Part shown: piece after piece, positions 1 through 12,531 of the stretch
Layout of the letters: each line of letters starts with the position of its first letter
Numbering within the stretch: the stretch's first letter is position 1
DNA from: Octopus bimaculoides
Taxonomy: Eukaryota
Direction: 5' to 3'
DNA length: 40,269 nucleotides
Assembly (NCBI RefSeq): GCF_001194135.2
Contig: NC_068989.1
Coordinates: 26,663,516 to 26,703,784 of the forward strand
Position numbers and translations under genes: made by a program
Notes under the pieces: model-generated
What the model was told of the DNA's origin: nothing
What the model saw: only the letters and a program-made list of their open reading frames with translations
The model's database searches: none

Positions 1-59
<59 letters not shown>

Positions 60-112
60 CTATACACACTCACTCATACATACGCACACACGCACACACA
101 CACACACACATA
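1..112. repeat. (AT)n/(AC)n compound microsatellite
   Basis: Directly visible dinucleotide runs. Confidence 0.95.
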
Positions 113-384
113 TATTCCTTCTGGGTGGTGAAACTCAGAAATGTATTTGAATTTTATGGAATTGTACAAGCTTTCAACTGACTGCTCACCTTACAATTTA
201 TACACCTTCCTTTCAGAATAATTGCTTAATAGCCTCAAGTAACAGACTATATCCATGTAGAAGACTTGAGTTTCCATTCACAATACAATTAAATTTGTTT
301 GGATTTGATAATCAATATTCAGTATTGTCATTTTAAAATTTTTGATTGTGATTCAGAACTTATAGCACAACAAATGTTATGCAA

Positions 385-468
385 TGGAGTCGAATCATTA
401 AACTAAAATTGTTCAAAACGGTGCCCGCCCCAGCATGCCATATGACTGAAACAAATAAAAAGAAAAAA
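385..468 (+). mobile_element. 3' fragment of tRNA-derived SINE (same family as 1421-1827)
   Basis: ACGGTGC..CCAGCATG..ATGACTGAAACAA plus A-rich tail matches the reverse complement of the tail of the 1421-1827 copy (TTGTTTCACTCAT..GCGGCCATGCTAGACCACCG). Confidence 0.65.
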
Positions 469-570
469 ACAACATATATGCGCAAACATGACTAACAGAG
501 AGAATATTATGTGTATACTTACCATACAACCCTAGATAGCCAGAGAGGACACCAGAGACGGGTAGAAAGT

Positions 571-605
<35 letters not shown>

Positions 606-1176
606 NNNNNNNNNNNNNNNNNNNNNNNNNNNNNNNNNNNNNNNNNNNNNNNNNNNNNNNNNNNNNNNNNNNNNNNNNNNNNNNNNNNNNNNNNNNNNNN
701 NNNNNNNNNNNNNNNNNNNNNNNNNNNNNNNNNNNNNNNNNNNNNNNNNNNNNNNNNNNNNNNNNNNNNNNNNNNNNNNNNNNNNNNNNNNNNNNNNNNN
801 NNNNNNNNNNNNNNNNNNNNNNNNNNNNNNNNNNNNNNNNNNNNNNNNNNNNNNNNNNNNNNNNNNNNNNNNNNNNNNNNNNNNNNNNNNNNNNNNNNNN
901 NNNNNNNNNNNNNNNNNNNNNNNNNNNNNNNNNNNNNNNNNNNNNNNNNNNNNNNNNNNNNNNNNNNNNNNNNNNNNNNNNNNNNNNNNNNNNNNNNNNN
1001 NNNNNNNNNNNNNNNNNNNNNNNNNNNNNNNNNNNNNNNNNNNNNNNNNNNNNNNNNNNNNNNNNNNNNNNNNNNNNNNNNNNNNNNNNNNNNNNNNNNN
1101 NNNNNNNNNNNNNNNNNNNNNNNNNNNNNNNNNNNNNNNNNNNNNNNNNNNNNNNNNNNNNNNNNNNNNNNNNNNN

Positions 1177-1267
1177 GATGGTACAATGAAATAAAGTATT
1201 GAATGTCTTATTGAATATATTCCATATATTCAATAATGCATTCAATACTTTATTTCATTGTACCATC
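1177..1267. repeat. 91-bp near-perfect palindrome
   Basis: 44-bp arms (29 bp perfect, 2 mismatches, 13 bp perfect) around a 3-nt TCC loop; abuts the gap at 606-1176. Confidence 0.9.
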
Positions 1268-1420
1268 CATTTTTATTTTATATTATATATTGTATATTAT
1301 ATTATATATTGTATATTCCATATTCTATATCCCACATTGGTTTTGCAGGAATATAAATAAAACATAAAAAACAGACAGTGTTGGAACTCTTTTAAACAAA
1401 ATAATATATATATATATATA

Positions 1421-1827
1421 TGTTCTTTTTAATTGTTTCACTCATGGATTGCGGCCATGCTAGACCACCGCTTAATCCAATAAATCAATCTGTTGACTGT
1501 TTCTTTATCAACATATTACTTATTCTATCGGTGCATTTGTCGAACCGATAGGTTACGGGCACATAGATACAGCAACATTGGTTTTCAAGCGATGGTGGGT
1601 GCACAAACACGGGAACGAAAACACATACACGCTCACGCGTACACAGACACACACACAAAAACACATGTACGAGGGGCTTCTTTCAGATTCCGTCGAGCAA
1701 ATCTACTCACATGGCTTTGGTTGATCCGTGGCAATAGTAGAGGACGCTTCAGGTACCACGTGGTGAGACTGAACCCGGAACCATGTTGTTGAGAAACAAT
1801 CTTCTTATCACACAGCCACTCTTGCGC
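1421..1827 (-). mobile_element. Near full-length tRNA-derived SINE (octopus-type)
   Basis: Minus strand begins GCGCAAGAGTGGCTGTGTGATAAG (A-box-like) and has GGTTCAGTCTC (B-box-like, 1765-1775), an internal (GT)n tract and a ...TGAAACAA A-rich tail. Family recognised from memory of octopus SINEs. Confidence 0.8.
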
Positions 1828-1830
1828 TTA

Positions 1831-1867
<37 letters not shown>

Positions 1868-3762
1868 NNNNNNNNNNTATGTACATACACACATACATAG
1901 CCACATACATAAGCATGTTGAACTGATGGCAGTGCAACTTTGTATGAAGTGTATCTCGCACCACTCTCAACTCTGGCTCATAGCTAATTATCATATGCAT
2001 GTAGCATAAAAGTAATTTATCAGAACAAGAAGAAAACCAACAACACAGCAAGGGTAAGTTTTAAGAAGTTCTTTATTTTGAACGAGTTGAAGGTTGTTAA
2101 CATTTCGGATATTAGATCTTTATCAGAATAAAAGCATACTCATGTGAGAAATCGGAAAATTGGTTTCAAAGAAATGAATTAAACGGATAAGTCGTTAGAA
2201 ATCATGAAAATAAATACGATTCTAAGGAGTAGTTAAGAAGTGAGGAAGAGTGTGGTTATTTGCCCGTGTAGAGGCTGTATCTGCATTTTGCGATAAACTT
2301 AAGGGAGAGGTATTGTGCTTAATGTTTTGGGAGTTCGCGTATGTGTAGATATGTGAGAATTTTTTTGATGTCGGTTAATCAGAGTGTGAAATATTGCGTT
2401 ATGTGTGTAACCTTATTTTGTGTGTGGGAAAAGCGCAGAGCACGAAGTAAAAGGGAAGGCAAGACTAATGTAGAGCATATGATAGAATCGTGTGCCAGTC
2501 CATGGATGTAAGACACTACTTTTCAGAGACGAAGTATGCATGAACAAGTAATACAAACGAGAGAAATGGTGGGAGTTCAGGAGAGAGGAGAAGTGGGAGA
2601 ATAAAAGAAAAATTGGGGAGAGAGTATACCATGCAATAAATACTGTTAGAAAGAGTATCATTGCTTGTGTGTGTGTGTGAGTGTGTGTGTGTGGTGCGCG
2701 CGAAAGCATACGTTTGTTTGTGTTTGTATGGGTTTGTGAAGTGTTTTAACATACGAGTTTATTAATGGTCCAATTTCGCATTTATTTCTAATAGATTAAG
2801 ATCTGAATGAAATTTTAATTGTAATGTTATGCAAAATAAAATCATTTATCAGTTATAATCGATTAACGATAATTGTCTATTTATTTTAGATTGAGATTCG
2901 TAAATATGTATTAATTTTCACTTTAGTGTAAATATTATATCATGTCAAGAAAAATTTATAACAATATAATTACATTACAACAATAAAATGTGTCAAGTCA
3001 ATCATATTAAGTTAATTGAAACATTATCTATAAAATGTGCATACGAACATGTATTCTTTGTCGTGAACATACAGAAAAAACGAAGACATCCTTTGTGTGA
3101 GTTGGAATCGCATATCCTATTTATTTGGTTAAGAATGTTCCGTATATTTTTCATTATCACACTAGAAATAAACGAAGCTTTACCAAAAAATAAAAGTACT
3201 TAATTGAATTCAAAATTACAAGGTGAATGCATTAATCATAATAGATATTGCTAAGTGATTAGAAGCAATAATGAGGCAAAATACTAGTAAGAAAGTATTG
3301 GCAACGTATTTATTTACACGTTGTAAATGTTTGGCGAAATATATTATTAGTGTGATTATGCAGAATATTTCGCAACACGAGTTTGCATATAGTGGAATGT
3401 ACGAATGTGAATATATAACGGTTTTTATTGAACTGGATATTGATTTTCTCTAATTTATTAAAAAAAAAACAACTACATGTTAGTTATTCTTCCACAAATT
3501 TATATATAGGCTGCTGATGTCTTTCTTCAACACAGAATAAGTAAATTAATTGCTTATTTCTCTACTTGTACAGTAGGTATAAACAACATAAATCAAACGA
3601 TAAAAACGTTATTATATATTTTATATAAAAGTAACAGACATCAATATCAAAGCAAAGCTTGTATAGTAAATGAGTCATAATTAATACTGTAAGAAAACGT
3701 TGAACTAGTATAGAAAATTGTGTTATTGTAAATAAGATTTTATATGAAATCAGGTATAAGTA

Positions 3763-3948
3763 TGTTCGAAGGTTATAAAGGACACAGGTTTCGTGTGTCA
3801 CATAGCTAGCTAGAGGCGATGGCTTCTTGGAGCTAATTCACGGCAGCTTTCGTCCTATTTTTGGGACTGCCATGTTGGCTTGGCGATAACTATTAATTTC
3901 CAGTACCGCTGTCGTAGTCTCCTTTAGAGAGACTTAGAAATATTAATA
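3763..3948 (+). mobile_element. Dispersed repeat, PLE pseudo-LTR family C, copy 1 (no ribozyme part)
   Basis: Aligns with 16861-17075 and 17221-17335 (shared GTGTCACATAGCTAG core; TTAGAAATATTAATA end shared with 16861-17075). The copy at 17221 lies directly downstream of a hammerhead-like motif. Confidence 0.6.
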
Positions 3949-3951
3949 ACT

Positions 3952-3984
<33 letters not shown>

Positions 3985-4362
3985 NNNNNNNNNNNNNNNN
4001 NNNNNNNNNNNNNNNNNNNNNNNNNNNNNNNNNNNNNNNNNNNNNNNNNNNNNNNNNNNNNNNNNNNNNNNNNNNNNNNNNNNNNNNNNNNNNNNNNNNN
4101 NNNNNNNNNNNNNNNNNNNNNNNNNNNNNNNNNNNNNNNNNNNNNNNNNNNNNNNNNNNNNNNNNNNNNNNNNNNNNNNNNNNNNNNNNNNNNNNNNNNN
4201 NNNNNNNNNNNNNNNNNNNNNNNNNNNNNNNNNNNNNNNNNNNNNNNNNNNNNNNNNNNNNNNNNNNNNNNNNNNNNNNNNNNNNNNNNNNNNNNNNNNN
4301 NNNNNNNNNNNNNNNNNNNNNNNNNNNNNNNNNNNNNNNNNNNNNNNNNNNNNNNNNNNNNN

Positions 4363-4414
<52 letters not shown>

Positions 4415-5380
4415 TGTATGTGTGTGTATGTGTGTGTGTGTGTGTGTGTGTATAGACCCCCGGAAAGGGGGTTTATATATAGCTCTTCGACGGAAGCAGG
4501 AAAAGCAGGAAAGTTCAAACGGATAGAAGGTGGAAAAATCGCCAATTGTCCACGAGCGGTTCCATTTCTGAAGTGACCAGAAATAGGGAGAAGAGAAAGT
4601 GCATTCTGAGACAAGAGAGTGTGAAGATGATTGGTATGTGTGTGTATGTGGTAGCGTGTGTGTGTGAATAGGTGGGTGTGGTCGTGTGTCTGTGTGTGAG
4701 TGCTTGCACTCTGAAGGGTGTGTGAATGGCTGGGTTTTCTTGTTTGTGACATGTGTACGTAGATGGAGTGGGAATGTATGTATGCATATATGGTGTGCGT
4801 GCACATGCGTATGGGTGCGTGTGTGTGTGTCTGTGCGTCACCCAGTCACTCATTCCCTCTCTGTATGTATATATAGGTGTGTGTGTGTGTATACGTGTGT
4901 ACGTGTGGGCGTGTGTATGTCTATGTGCGTGTTAGTGTGTGTGGAAGTGTATGTACGTGCGTTTATACGTGTGCATGTGGGTGCGTTTGCGTGCGTTGTG
5001 CGTGTAGAGGGTTGTGCTTGGAGGTATATGTACGTTCATGTGTGTGTGTGAGTGTGTGTGTGTGGTGTGTGTGCGTATGTGTACGTGTGTGTGCTTGTGT
5101 TTTAGGGACAAAGGGGTGAGATAGAGTGTATATGACTGAGTTGGTATAGCTAATGGTGTGGGTATTATGTGTACGTGTATGCCTGCGTGCGTATGAGTGT
5201 GTGTGTGTGTGTGTGTGTGTGTGTTCAAGCGTGGGTGATGTGTCGTGTGTGTGTGTGTGTGTGCAAGCGCGGAGGTTGTGTCGTGTGTGTGTGTGCGCAA
5301 GCGCGGAGTTGTTTGGTGTGTGTTTGTACGTCTGTGCGCGTGTGTGTACGCGCAGGTGTGAATGTGTTATGTGTGTGTGG
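4363..5380. repeat. Long degenerate (GT)n/(GTAT)n low-complexity region
   Basis: Directly visible; source of the spurious CV/HT-rich ORFs. Confidence 0.95.
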
Positions 5381-5624
5381 TATCCGAATATAAAAATTAA
5401 AATAAAGAAGCAAAAAGTAATAATGAAAATCAAAGTTTAGTAATAATAAAGGCATAAATGAAAAAGACTGAAGAAATCAGTAACATAAATAGAATCACTA
5501 AAATGATTTTTTTAAAAAAACAGAATCAGTAATATAAACAAATTTAAAATACATAAAAAACAAAACGAATAAAAGTGACGTAGAATAAAATGATTTTTTA
5601 AAAAGGTATTTGGGTAAAGACACT

Positions 5625-6795
5625 GAAAGTAGGGGGTTTCCGAAATGGTTTTTCAGTACGTAGAAAGGAAAATGTAACGCTCTTCTAGGCGACTCGTAAT
5701 GTTTGGTGATCCGTTTGGCTAGCCGGCGGCACAACTGACCAATGTAATGTTTAGTGCAGAGATTGCTCCTGATGCAGTAAATGAGATTTTAAGAAGCGTA
5801 CGAGAGGTTCCTAATGTAGTGGGTGGATCCAGTAAGAGAGATGGTGGTGTTGATGAAAGGACAGGTGTAGCAACGGGGTCTGGAGCAAGGGAAGGATCCG
5901 AGTTGGGCTGGAATGGAGTCGGGTAGAGAGCTATGAACCAGTAGATCGCGGTTGAAGCAGGGCATGGGTGTGTTGAGGAACATAGTGAAGGTTGTGGTAT
6001 CTAGTTTGTAAGGCCCGCAGGAACTTCGAGGGGGCAGGGTAGAGGGGAGGAAGAGGAGGGAAAGGGGCTGCGGTTGGGGGATCGGTTTGGGGAAGGAGAC
6101 AGAGCGGCAGTGCGATCGATTTAATGTGTGCGAGTAAGGGCAGTTTGGACAAGGGTGGATGAATATCCGCGACGCATGAACGAAGAGGGCCAGGTATTTG
6201 GACTGGAACCCGGCTGCACAGGCTTTGGATACAGTGGAACTGAGAGTAAGGGAATGGCACGTTTGGTGTGGGAGGGATGGGAGGAGTAAAGGCTGCGGTA
6301 GTGGTATGAGTCCGTGGGTTTAAAGAAGGTAGAAGTGGTGAGAGAGTGGCTGAGGGGATCAATGGAGAGAGAGAGAGATATCGAGGAAATTAACGGAAGT
6401 CTCAAAGGTGGTAGAGATGAATTCGAGAAAAAGGTGGAAGTTAGAAATAAAGAGATGAGAGAGAGCTGCTCACAGGAGAGAGGGGTAGCGGCTATACAGT
6501 CGTCTATATAGGGGCTGCATTAGTCTGGGGTCAGTCTGAAGAACTGTGAGAAGATTTGAGCCTCAATGTAACCTATGAATAAGTTGGAAAAATTGGGGCC
6601 TATTCTCGTTCGTATAGCCATCCCTGAGATATGCTGGCAAATCTCCACCACAAACGTAAAGTAGTTGGGGTGAGGTACTGCATGTGGGGTCAAGGCGACG
6701 GTCGAGGAAATATTGGAGGGCTAAGAGGCCATCGGTCGGGCGATCACAGTGTAGAGGGATTTTATGTCCATGGTAAAAAAGGAGTTGTGCACCTT
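5625..6795 (-). mobile_element. Penelope-like retroelement, 5'-truncated and degenerate (RT + GIY-YIG endonuclease)
   Basis: Minus-strand translation across frameshifts: FTMDIKSLYTVI (RT motif A), GMAIRTRIGPNFSNLFIGYIE (motif B), YIDD at 6499-6510, FKPTDS..SSHPSHTKRAIP, RDLLVHSS..FPCSRPRCYTCPFI, S*NLIYCI..HYIGQLCRRLAKRITKH (GIY-YIG), RLEERYIF. Multiple stops and frameshifts. Confidence 0.92.
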
Positions 6796-7318
6796 TAGTA
6801 CTGTTGCTGTTGTTATTGGTAGTGGTCGTATCAGTAGAAATAGTACACTTAAGTATTAGTATTACTGTTTATCTGGCTTGGGTTGGAATTTATTAAAGTT
6901 CTTTCCTCTGATTTTTCTCTGAATTTCGCTTCGAGTTCGTAGTTTCTAGAATGGAAATTTTATCTCTCTCTCTCAGGGTCAAAATATAGGTCTCTTGACA
7001 TGTTCAACAAGCCGTGACGCCTAAACCAAACACCAATCAATATATGTAATTTAAAAAAACCACACACTGCAGTTTTCTAAAAACATTCTGGAGCCTATAC
7101 GAATGTCTATAAGGTACACAGGTTAGCCAGCTCACTACAGATTTAAATTTTAAAACATAACTGCCACCACTACAACATGAACCTGAGGATTGCACAGTTT
7201 AATGCATGAAAGTACTAGTTCAATCAGAATGGACCTTTAATATTCTATCATTTCATTACATTATACTATCTTGTAAATAAAACTTGAAAATCAGACAAAT
7301 TAGGAATTTCTTTGAGTA

Positions 7319-7320
<2 letters not shown>

Positions 7321-7396
<76 letters not shown>
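7321..7396. repeat. (AT)n(GT)n microsatellite
   Basis: Directly visible. Confidence 0.95.
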
Positions 7397-7397
<1 letters not shown>

Positions 7398-7398
<1 letters not shown>

Positions 7399-8110
7399 AG
7401 GAGAGCATTGAAATTCGCTTGAAGCTCTGTGTATTGTTTGTAAAGAATAAAAAGTTTTCAATGGTACAACGCACTATAAAACAAAAAATTTAGTTATCCA
7501 TAGTCCGATGATATTTCTGAATATAGTTCCTTCTTCAGATATTCTTAGATGGAGTCGCTGCTATAATCTGTTTTCCCATATATGGGGCGGGTGAACATAA
7601 GAAAATAATTCATCTTACCTCTAAGAAGAACACTAGAGAAATGGACATGCTAGTACTCGAGTTTTGGACTTTTCAGAATACGTCTGTTAATGTAAAACTG
7701 ATTGGTCTTCGTCAGGTAGGTCTACCGAAAGACTAAATTTAAAATATCCGCTACATTAATGCTTGCTACATCTCTGGCGTTCTTCCTAGAGGTAAGAGAA
7801 AAAATGTTCATGTTCGTCCCCGGCACACATGTTTGGTTCTATACATTCAGTGAAGATTTACCTACCGTCGAACGGTTATCGACTGCTATTTCCATCAATA
7901 CTTGGTACCTTGTTGTGCCACCATTTCCTGCACTCGTCATGATAATTCGCTAGCCACTGCACATTCTTTATTTTCTCTCCTTGTTTCCTTCTGTGTTCCT
8001 TTCTGTGGAAGAGCGTAGGCTCGAAACGTTAAAGACTTTTTCACTTCCCGAGCGTTGAACTAATACATCACTTTGTTGTCTACAACACCTGTCTTCGTCT
8101 TTTGTTATTT
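7398..8110 (+). mobile_element. Degenerate PLE 3' fragment ending in a pseudo-LTR
   Basis: RRALKFA*SSVYCL*RIK/KVFNG and VFPYMG resemble the PLE post-RT RA..C...RI..VF.NGYP and LPY.G segments; terminates in a hammerhead-bearing tail (7999-8034). Confidence 0.6.
7999..8034 (+). ncRNA. Minimal type I hammerhead ribozyme, one core substitution
   Basis: CUUU (stem I) - CUGUGGA (A6 to U vs CUGANGA) - A - GAGC GUAG GCUC (stem II) - GAAA - palindromic ACGU stem III - U17 - AAAG (stem I'). Confidence 0.7.
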
Positions 8111-8390
8111 TGTGAATTCTCCGCTATACTTGTGTGTGTGTGTGTGTCTGTACATATATATNNNNNNNNNNNNNNNNNNNNNNNNNNNNNNNNNNNNNNN
8201 NNNNNNNNNNNNNNNNNNNNNNNNNNNNNNNNNNNNNNNNNNNNNNNNNNNNNNNNNNNNNNNNNNNNNNNNNNNNNNNNNNNNNNNNNNNNNNNNNNNN
8301 NNNNNNNNNNNNNNNNNNNNNNNNNNNNNNNNNNNNNNNNNNNNNNNNNNNNNNNNNNNNNNNNNNACAGCTATAGATATATAGATATGC

Positions 8391-8425
<35 letters not shown>

Positions 8426-8433
8426 CGTACACA

Positions 8434-8498
<65 letters not shown>

Positions 8499-9416
8499 GG
8501 AGAGAGAGAAAGAGAGAGAGAGAATAATACATACACACATATAATTTTACCAAGCATGACTGATAACTTTAGGATTTAGAAAAACACATTTTTATTGGTA
8601 TTTAACAGAAAACATGTTTCTCATTTCCATTTACAATACTAGCATTATGTCAATTATATATCTGCTACGTACGGTTTTACATTTCATAAGCTAGCAGTCC
8701 TTATACGGAAAGCAACACTAAGAATATTTATTCGGGTCTCATGGTCGTAGATTCTGGATTGAGAGAGCTTGGGAGCTTAAATATCTGGCGGTTATCTTAC
8801 TTCAACGAGCGCAGATGTTTCTTAGGTAAACTTTGTCATGGAAATATGCAATGAAAGAAAATAATGGACTGGATTCAATATATATTGCAAGGTCTTTAGA
8901 TTACTGCTGTAGCAATTCCTCGAGATAGGTTTTGAATCCGTAACTAGTGAAAGCTAAAATTTGAGGCCATATAAATAATACTGTATATGAATAAATGCAC
9001 GGTTTCCCAATTCATCGGCATCCTATTTCAAGATGATATTATTGTATGAGCAATAAAAAAAATATCTAATAAAACACCCTAGAAGAAAATCAAGATATAT
9101 GCAGATGCACATGTGTGCGTGTGCGAGAGTGATTCACCGTATGTAATACCATGAACTGTATCAGAAATATTTCAATATCGTGATAAACTAAAATATCATA
9201 TACATGCAGGACTATCAATATATTTTCAGCTGTGTCTTCGCGTATATACATGCGAAAAAAGTATACATACATACATATATACATTCGCACATACATACAC
9301 ATACATACACATACATACGTACATACACACAACAATGACACTTCAAAATAAACCTACATGACGTCATAATTGCCTTGTAAAACCTATGTACATATATATA
9401 TATATATATATATATA

Positions 9417-9800
9417 ATCATCATAAATATACAGGGATTAGCATTGAGTTGCTTCTCCAACATACTGAAAATTTAGAAATAGCAGTCAAAGAACTACTGA
9501 TTCTAAACTACAAATTTTTCTCTAAACGGATGGCGATATTTATGGCACACACAGAACAAAAAACCGGAGGGAAAAGCGTAAACAAAACAAGTCTTTAGTT
9601 AATTGGATACGAATCGTTTCATGGTTAAGCGAATGAAAATTTCACTATTCCAATCTTCAGTTCTATGTGTGCCATAAATATCGCCATCCGTTTAGAGAAA
9701 AATTTGTAGTTTAGAATCAGTAGTTCTTTGACTGCTATTTCTAAATTTTCAGTATGTTGGAGAAGCAACTCAATGCTAATCCCTGTATATTTATGATGAT
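9417..9800. mobile_element. Foldback/MITE-like element with 141-bp terminal inverted repeats
   Basis: 9417-9557 is the reverse complement of 9660-9800 with one mismatch; 102-bp spacer; left end sits in an (AT)n tract; no coding capacity. Confidence 0.75.
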
Positions 9801-9931
9801 AAATGGTTTTACCGATAAAGGTTTTTTTCATACTGAACTACTTGGCAAAATTGTTAATTATTAATTCTATTATTAATTGACGATTCCCTGCCCTTATTCT
9901 TGTATATATATATATATATATATATATAGAT

Positions 9932-9962
<31 letters not shown>

Positions 9963-11701
9963 CATACATACATACATGCATACATACATACATACATACA
10001 TGGACAGACAGACAGATAGGGAGAGAGTGTGGGAGAGAAGGAGAGGGAGAAACTAACGCGCTTTTTCTCTTTTTTTTTTTGAAAATATATTGCAACTCAA
10101 ACATAAAGCTATAAATAATAGCACTTAAATATTGGGAACAAATATATATCTTAAGGCTTTACGAAGATTCTCACGAAATAGAATATGCGACGTATTTTGT
10201 AAAACGCTTACGCATTTAATTCCTTTCCGCATGTTGTTATATCTAGAAATGTTCTATATTTTCCTTCAACTTTTTTACCAGTTAACAAAATTTGACCTTA
10301 CGAATATATTTGTATGTAATGGGTGTCTTTGATTCAATGCGAACCATTCAGCGAATGATTCATGAGTGCCTTACGGATGAAATAGCACGTATTTTAGAAA
10401 CAGTTATGACAAGGAAACATTGGTTCATCCAGGTTAGAATTAATTTTTTCCATAAAAGGAGCTTGTCTCGTTGTCAATTGTTAAGAATGTGCTCTTGTGT
10501 CTAGTGAGTCGGTTTTATCCCTTTTTCTAGCATTGCCGTTTACATTTATATTATATATATTCACCCCGTAGACACCCCCGCCCATTGCCGGATCTGTCTC
10601 TGTGAAAAAGTGCATATCCTCCACCAACCTGCTGTATCCATCAACAAGAAATACGATTCATCTTATTGCTATCACCAGAAGTATGTACTTCTTGCAAATT
10701 TCAAGCCTCTGACCTCTGACAACCCGAATATACCACCTTCGTACCAGCTTCTACACTGCACCGCTTGCACCAAGATCACCGTCTCCAACCAAACCCATGG
10801 GTAGAACCGCCAATTATCAATTTCCAACGTTTACCATTCACCAATGCTTATCAAACTGCAACGCTTGTTATGCGCATGTACACTCATGCAAGCACGTGCT
10901 GGAGACTACACAGTGCGTGCTCATGCATGTGCTCACACACACTAATATGCATGTATACATATGTACATATAAATGAGTATGCATGCGTGTGCATACATGT
11001 GTATGTACGCGTGTCTATGCTCATGTATGAATGTGTGCGCGCGCGCATTTTCGAATATGTGTGGGGGCGTGCTTGCCCATCAACAGATGTGCACACTCGC
11101 ATTGATGCAGACATACACGCAAAACCATATCAGCGCATCCACACAGTCACATGTACAACTACATACTTGCCCATACCGGCCCTTCATACTTCCCCTCCAA
11201 CAACGCAAACGATTCCCTGTCCACCACGCGGTCGATTTCCTGTCCACCATGTGGTACTTTGCAAGTAACTTTTGTCACTGATATACAAACATCAAACTGC
11301 GACACTATGTGACATTTCTCGACCGACCGTATCCCGCCTTACAGTAATGACAATCAATTTCTCTCATCCAAATCCAAAATGGCTGAAGATTAGCATCACG
11401 CATGAAGTTCGCTTGAGTACCAACAAATTTGTATTGATCCATATATATATATATANNNNNNNNNNNNNNNNNNNNNNNNNNNNNNNNNNNNNNNNNNNNN
11501 NNNNNNNNNNNNNNNNNNNNNNNNNNNNNNNNNNNNNNNNNNNNNNNNNNNNNNNNNNNNNNNNNNNNNNNNNNNNNNNNNNNNNNNNNNNNNNNNNNNN
11601 NNNNNNNNNNNNNNNNNNNNNNNNNNNNNNNNNNNNNNNNNNNNNNNNNNNNNNNNNNNNNNNNNNNNNNNNNNNNNNNNTATATATATATATATATATA
11701 T

Positions 11702-12346
11702 GATATGGGTGGCTTATTAGCAATTTAATAACCTAAGGCATATTTATACACATCAATAATTTGACAGAGGGTACTAAGTGGTGCCGGCATTGCTAGAAAA
11801 AGGGATCAAACCGACTAGACCTAGACACTAGACACTAGACACAATAGCACACTCTTAACAATTGACAACGTCACAAGCTCCCTTTATGGACAAAGCCGTA
11901 TCACAGCTGATTTTCAGTTTTCATACACAATATCTTAATTATCATCGAGGGCTCTTACGAAACCTATAGTTAAACTCAACTCACCATGTCAGCTTATAAG
12001 AAAACCGTTGAATTCATGCCCTGATTTTTAAAACGTTAAAACTGAAAACTATAAATAATATGGGTGGCTCATTTGCAATTTAACACACGAAGACTGATTT
12101 ATAGATGTCACTGAAGTGACAGACGGTATAAGGGGTACCGCCATTGTTAGAAATAAGAGTAAAACCGATTCACTATCTAAGACTCACTATCTGTCAGTAA
12201 GAGCATTATCTTACTGACTGACATGGGAGACAACCTCTCTTTGCATTCAGTAATATCACCGTTGATTTCGAATTTTGATGCAGAACATCTTAATTCTTAT
12301 TTCCGCGCCTAGAGTTAAATTCAACTCGGCTTGTCAGCTTATTAAG
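11702..12346. repeat. Degenerate tandem duplication, about 355-bp period; partial third copy near 14265-14352
   Basis: ATATGGGTGGCT..GCAATTTAA at 11702 and 12057; AGTTAAA.TCAACTC..TGTCAGCTTAT near 11968 and 12313; TTATCTTA..GACTGACA.GGGAGA shared between about 12205 and 14320. Confidence 0.6.
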
Positions 12347-12422
12347 ATAGTGCAGTCATGGCTAGTGCGTCGGTTTGGTTCTTGCTTCTACAATGTCGCT
12401 CTCTCTACAATGTTCTCTCTCG

Positions 12423-12453
<31 letters not shown>

Positions 12454-12483
12454 ACTCTCTATCTCTCTCTCTATCTATCTATA

Positions 12484-12530
<47 letters not shown>

Positions 12531-12531
12531 A

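Noticed and set aside
413-1245. Long ORFs spanning N-gaps (also around 3893-4806, 8073-8557, 11272-11723, 16227-16661, 33188-33499, 34774-35577)
   Set aside because: Open only because N codons contain no stops.
1760-1827. tRNA gene
   Set aside because: A/B boxes belong to a SINE head; no cloverleaf could be formed and the SINE body follows.
4382-5455. Cys/Val- and His/Thr-rich ORFs (also 22082-22406, 36428-36713, 38518-38806)
   Set aside because: Translations of (GT)n/(AT)n microsatellites, not proteins.
7177-7209. MNLRIAQFNA resembling the start of a LINE APE endonuclease
   Set aside because: Ten residues followed by stops; no further endonuclease motifs.
9386-9831. Two convergent ORFs encoding the same peptide
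   Set aside because: A consequence of the inverted repeat; no domain similarity, and one starts inside (AT)n.
10282-10431. Candidate exon between a strong acceptor and CAG/GTTAGA
   Set aside because: The long frame has a stop immediately after the acceptor and the other frames are closed.
11211-11256. 23-bp two-copy tandem repeat
   Set aside because: Only two adjacent units with no spacers; not CRISPR-like, ordinary slippage duplication.
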